Positions 61,350-64,000 of a stretch of 64,000 nucleotides of DNA are shown one piece after another (positions within the stretch are counted from its first letter, which is position 1; every line of letters starts with the position of its first letter). The notes beneath the pieces are model-generated. The model saw only the letters and a program-made list of their open reading frames with translations. It did no database searches and was not told where the DNA came from. Made by a program: the position numbers and the translations under genes. The stretch comes from Macrostomum lignano (lineage: Eukaryota), in assembly GCA_002269645.1 (NCBI GenBank), contig NIVC01001503.1:212732-276731 (forward strand). The letters run 5' to 3'.

Positions 61350-63152
61350 TCACTTGCTGCCGATCTTGCCCAGCTGCTGGCTGTCCGACTCTTCCTGGTC
61401 GGAGTCGTCTAGGTCAATCGAACGGGTCGCCGCCGCTGCTACCACAGCGGCTGGCACCGCGGCGGCGGCGGCGGCTACGCTTGAGACGGCTGGACCAGCT
61501 GATGAAGCTACGGAGGCTGCGCCGCCGACGACCTCCCCGCTATCCTGATCAACAACCTCGCTGAGGTTCAGGCGGCCGGCCTCGATGGCTTGGTAGGTGG
61601 CCTCGGCCATCTTGCCGGCCGTCAGCAGGCCCTTGGCGTGCTGCTTGGACCGGAAGTGCTTTGCCAGGTGGCCCGGCACCCGGAAGTTGCGCGGGCACAC
61701 CAGGCAGCGAACGGGCGCGGATTGTCGCTGATGTCGCCGATGCCGGGCGCGGCCGAGTCGGCGACCGAAGCGGTGGCCACCTCGGCTGCCAGAGCGCCAG
61801 TATCGCTGGCGAACTGGTGCGTCTTCAGGTGCAGCGACAGCTGGCTGGGCTGGTCGAAGGTGCACTTGCACACCGGGCACTGCGGCCGGCCGCCCGTGGA
61901 CGTCACGGCTGTGGCTGCCGCGGTGGCCGCTGCTACTGCGGCGGCTGCGGCGGTGGCGGCGGCGTCGCCGGCAACACTGCTGATACCGACGGCGGCCGAG
62001 GTGGCGGCCTGGCTGCTGCTGGCGTGCGCGGGCCGGTCATTCTGCAGGCTGGCCATCGGGTCCGAGGCGGCATCTCCGGCCGCTTCCTCGTTATCGTCCT
62101 CGTCGGCGTCTTCGACGGATTGACGCGATGACGAACCGGCGGTGGCGGATTCGTTGGCGGCGTCAGCAGCCGCGTTGGCACCGTCCCGAGCTGGCGAAGC
62201 TCTGCGACCGTCGGGTCCGCCCGCCCGTTGGCTCCGTTGGCATCGTCGAAGCGGATCTTCCTCAGCTTGTCCGGGATGGCCGACGCAGTGGAGGCGGCCG
62301 CTTTGTCCGCCAGCTGCAGCTGCGTCTTGCCTGCGGATGATGGCGAATGCTGGCTAGTGAACTTCTTAGGTGGGATGAATCTACTTTTTACCTAGTTAAT
62401 TTTCAATGGGAAATCGCAGCAAAAATTGAAACGTGCTGAGCTATTCTCAGTCCTGCGACATGACCCATGCTGGGGATCCGGGATCAAGGCCCTCGAGGTG
62501 TCAAGGGGGATCAACTGACCTCCCCCCACAAACGGACCCGCCGCTTGCATCTGACTCTCCGCAGCCTGACCTGAGCTGAGGTTGAGCGGCCGATCCTGCC
62601 AGCAGCGACACGTTGACGTTGGGCGGACCAGGCCGGAGGAGGTCGCTGAAGATTCGATGGAGGGGCGGCAGAGGCGGCGGCATCGGTTGTAGCCGAAGAC
62701 GTGAGAAGCGCAGCTTCTTGACATCCTGGGGACTTGTTCAAATGCGACAGCAGAGCGGCGGCGTCGCTGCCGGGGTGCCGGCGTCGATTTCTCCTCGTTG
62801 TCGGCGGCGCTCGGCAGCGGTGATCTGGTTGAGGTTGTGTTGCACCTTGTCCTTCAGCGACTTGTTGTACGTAGACACCATCTGCTTGGCGGACGTCTCC
62901 ACGCTGTCGTCCACTGCGACTTCGGCGGCAGCTGAGGCCGAGTCATCCTCGTCGCCGGAATCGTCCCCGTCTGGCACGCCCTCGTCATCGTTCAAGTCCT
63001 CCTCGTTCAGCTGGCCCTCCTTGATAAGCTTCTGCTGCGCTTCAGGGCGCCTGGTCCACCTGGCTGTTCTCCTCGATCTCGGTGGGCACGGAGTCCTTGC
63101 TCATGCCGAGGTTCAGGCAGCGAATCTGTCGGTGGGTTTTGGGGTTTTGCCG
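61350..63152 (-). CDS. shn: 3' part of a schnurri/HIVEP (SMA-9-like) zinc-finger gene; reading frame broken by several 1-nt indels; 5' exons lie beyond the window
   Basis: KTHRQIRCLNLGMSKDSVPTEIEE plus an acidic tract resembles the end of the ZAS finger pair. CPVCKCTFDQPSQLSLHLKTH and RPF(R)CLVCPRNFRVPGHLAKHFRSKQH...ATYQAIEAGRLNL match the invertebrate Schnurri C-terminal fingers. Stop TGA at 61352-61350. Confidence 0.75.
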
Positions 63153-63197
63153 CTGAAATGAACTCAGGATCTAGTTCTAACACAAGGTTTGTCTGGA

Positions 63198-63385
63198 AGG
63201 GATCTGCATCCCATCCTAACATCTCTGATCCCATCCTGATCCGGGATCTGAATCCCATCCTAACAGAACATCTCTGATCCCATCCTGATCCGGGATCTGC
63301 ATCTCATCCTAACATCTCTGATCCCCATCCTGATCCGGGATCTGCATTCTATCCCAACATCTCCGATCCCCATCCTGATCTGTGA
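63198..63385. repeat. Short tandem repeat (ctaacatctctgatcccatcctgatccgggatctg) in the schnurri intron
   Basis: Directly visible. Confidence 0.85.
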
Positions 63386-64000
63386 TCCAAAAATACCGGA
63401 TGTTATTTTTGCGCACAATTAATTCTATCACCAATAAAAGTACTAATCAAAGAACTGCTAAAGGCAGACAGGCAGCAAACAGTGCAATTCTATGCACACA
63501 GCGTGGGCGTGACATCAGAATTTCAGATCCTTGATTTAGGCCGGTCGGGCGATAAGCAAGATGGGCAACGTTTGCTAAATTAATTTTTTATCCTGGTGCA
63601 GGTGAGAAATGTCGATGAGCTTCATAACTTCTCTCAACTCAAGCCTGGCCGCATCCGTGATTTACCTCCATCTAGTCTGCTAGTCATCGAATCGAGTTCA
63701 TGCCAGCGCAAACTTTGTATTTTAGCCAGATTGGAATCGCTGCTCTTTTCGGCACGTCTGCCAGCTTTCTTTTATTAAATTCAGGTAGACAGGCGCACTT
63801 TATTTCGAAGGCTGTTGGAGAAATCCGTGATATTCACTAATTAAAAGGCATCTCGTGCGGAGACGGACTTAAAGGAAAATAAAGGGCACTGTGATCTTTT
63901 TGTGCAACTTGTTAACTTCCTATCATAAGACCAAAAGGCGGCAAATTTCTTTGGGATTTCAGCGTTCAATCAAATCGAGCCTCTCTGGGTACCAAAATCC

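Overview
Animal genomic DNA with spliced GC-rich exons. About 30% of the window (hand estimate) is minisatellite arrays; the rest includes many small DNA transposons and AT-rich decayed repeats. The style suggests a macrostomid flatworm such as Macrostomum, which is inference only. Fully reconstructed genes: sestrin (-, 5 exons), CHID1/SI-CLP (-, 6 exons), a two-qRRM hnRNP F/H-like protein with an RS-rich tail (+, 2 exons) and pyruvate kinase (+, 5 exons). Partial or uncertain genes: the 3' part of a schnurri/HIVEP zinc-finger gene with several 1-nt frameshifts (-), an unidentified single-pass membrane protein (+) and a candidate 4-exon orphan gene (-) missed by the ORF track. Mobile elements: three hAT-type MITEs with 8-bp TSDs, a Merlin-like MITE, a 1-kb solo LTR with a dense enhancer array, a Crypton-like hairpin element, a Penelope relic with a decayed hammerhead motif and a tRNA-derived SINE. 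The most striking signal is that old repeats show CpG decay plus frequent CpA/TpG->TpA transitions, a RIP-like pattern. It is visible between twin MITE copies, in one TSD, in the hammerhead core and in minisatellite variants. All long ORFs over tandem repeats are artefacts. No CRISPR, rRNA or true tRNA gene was found.
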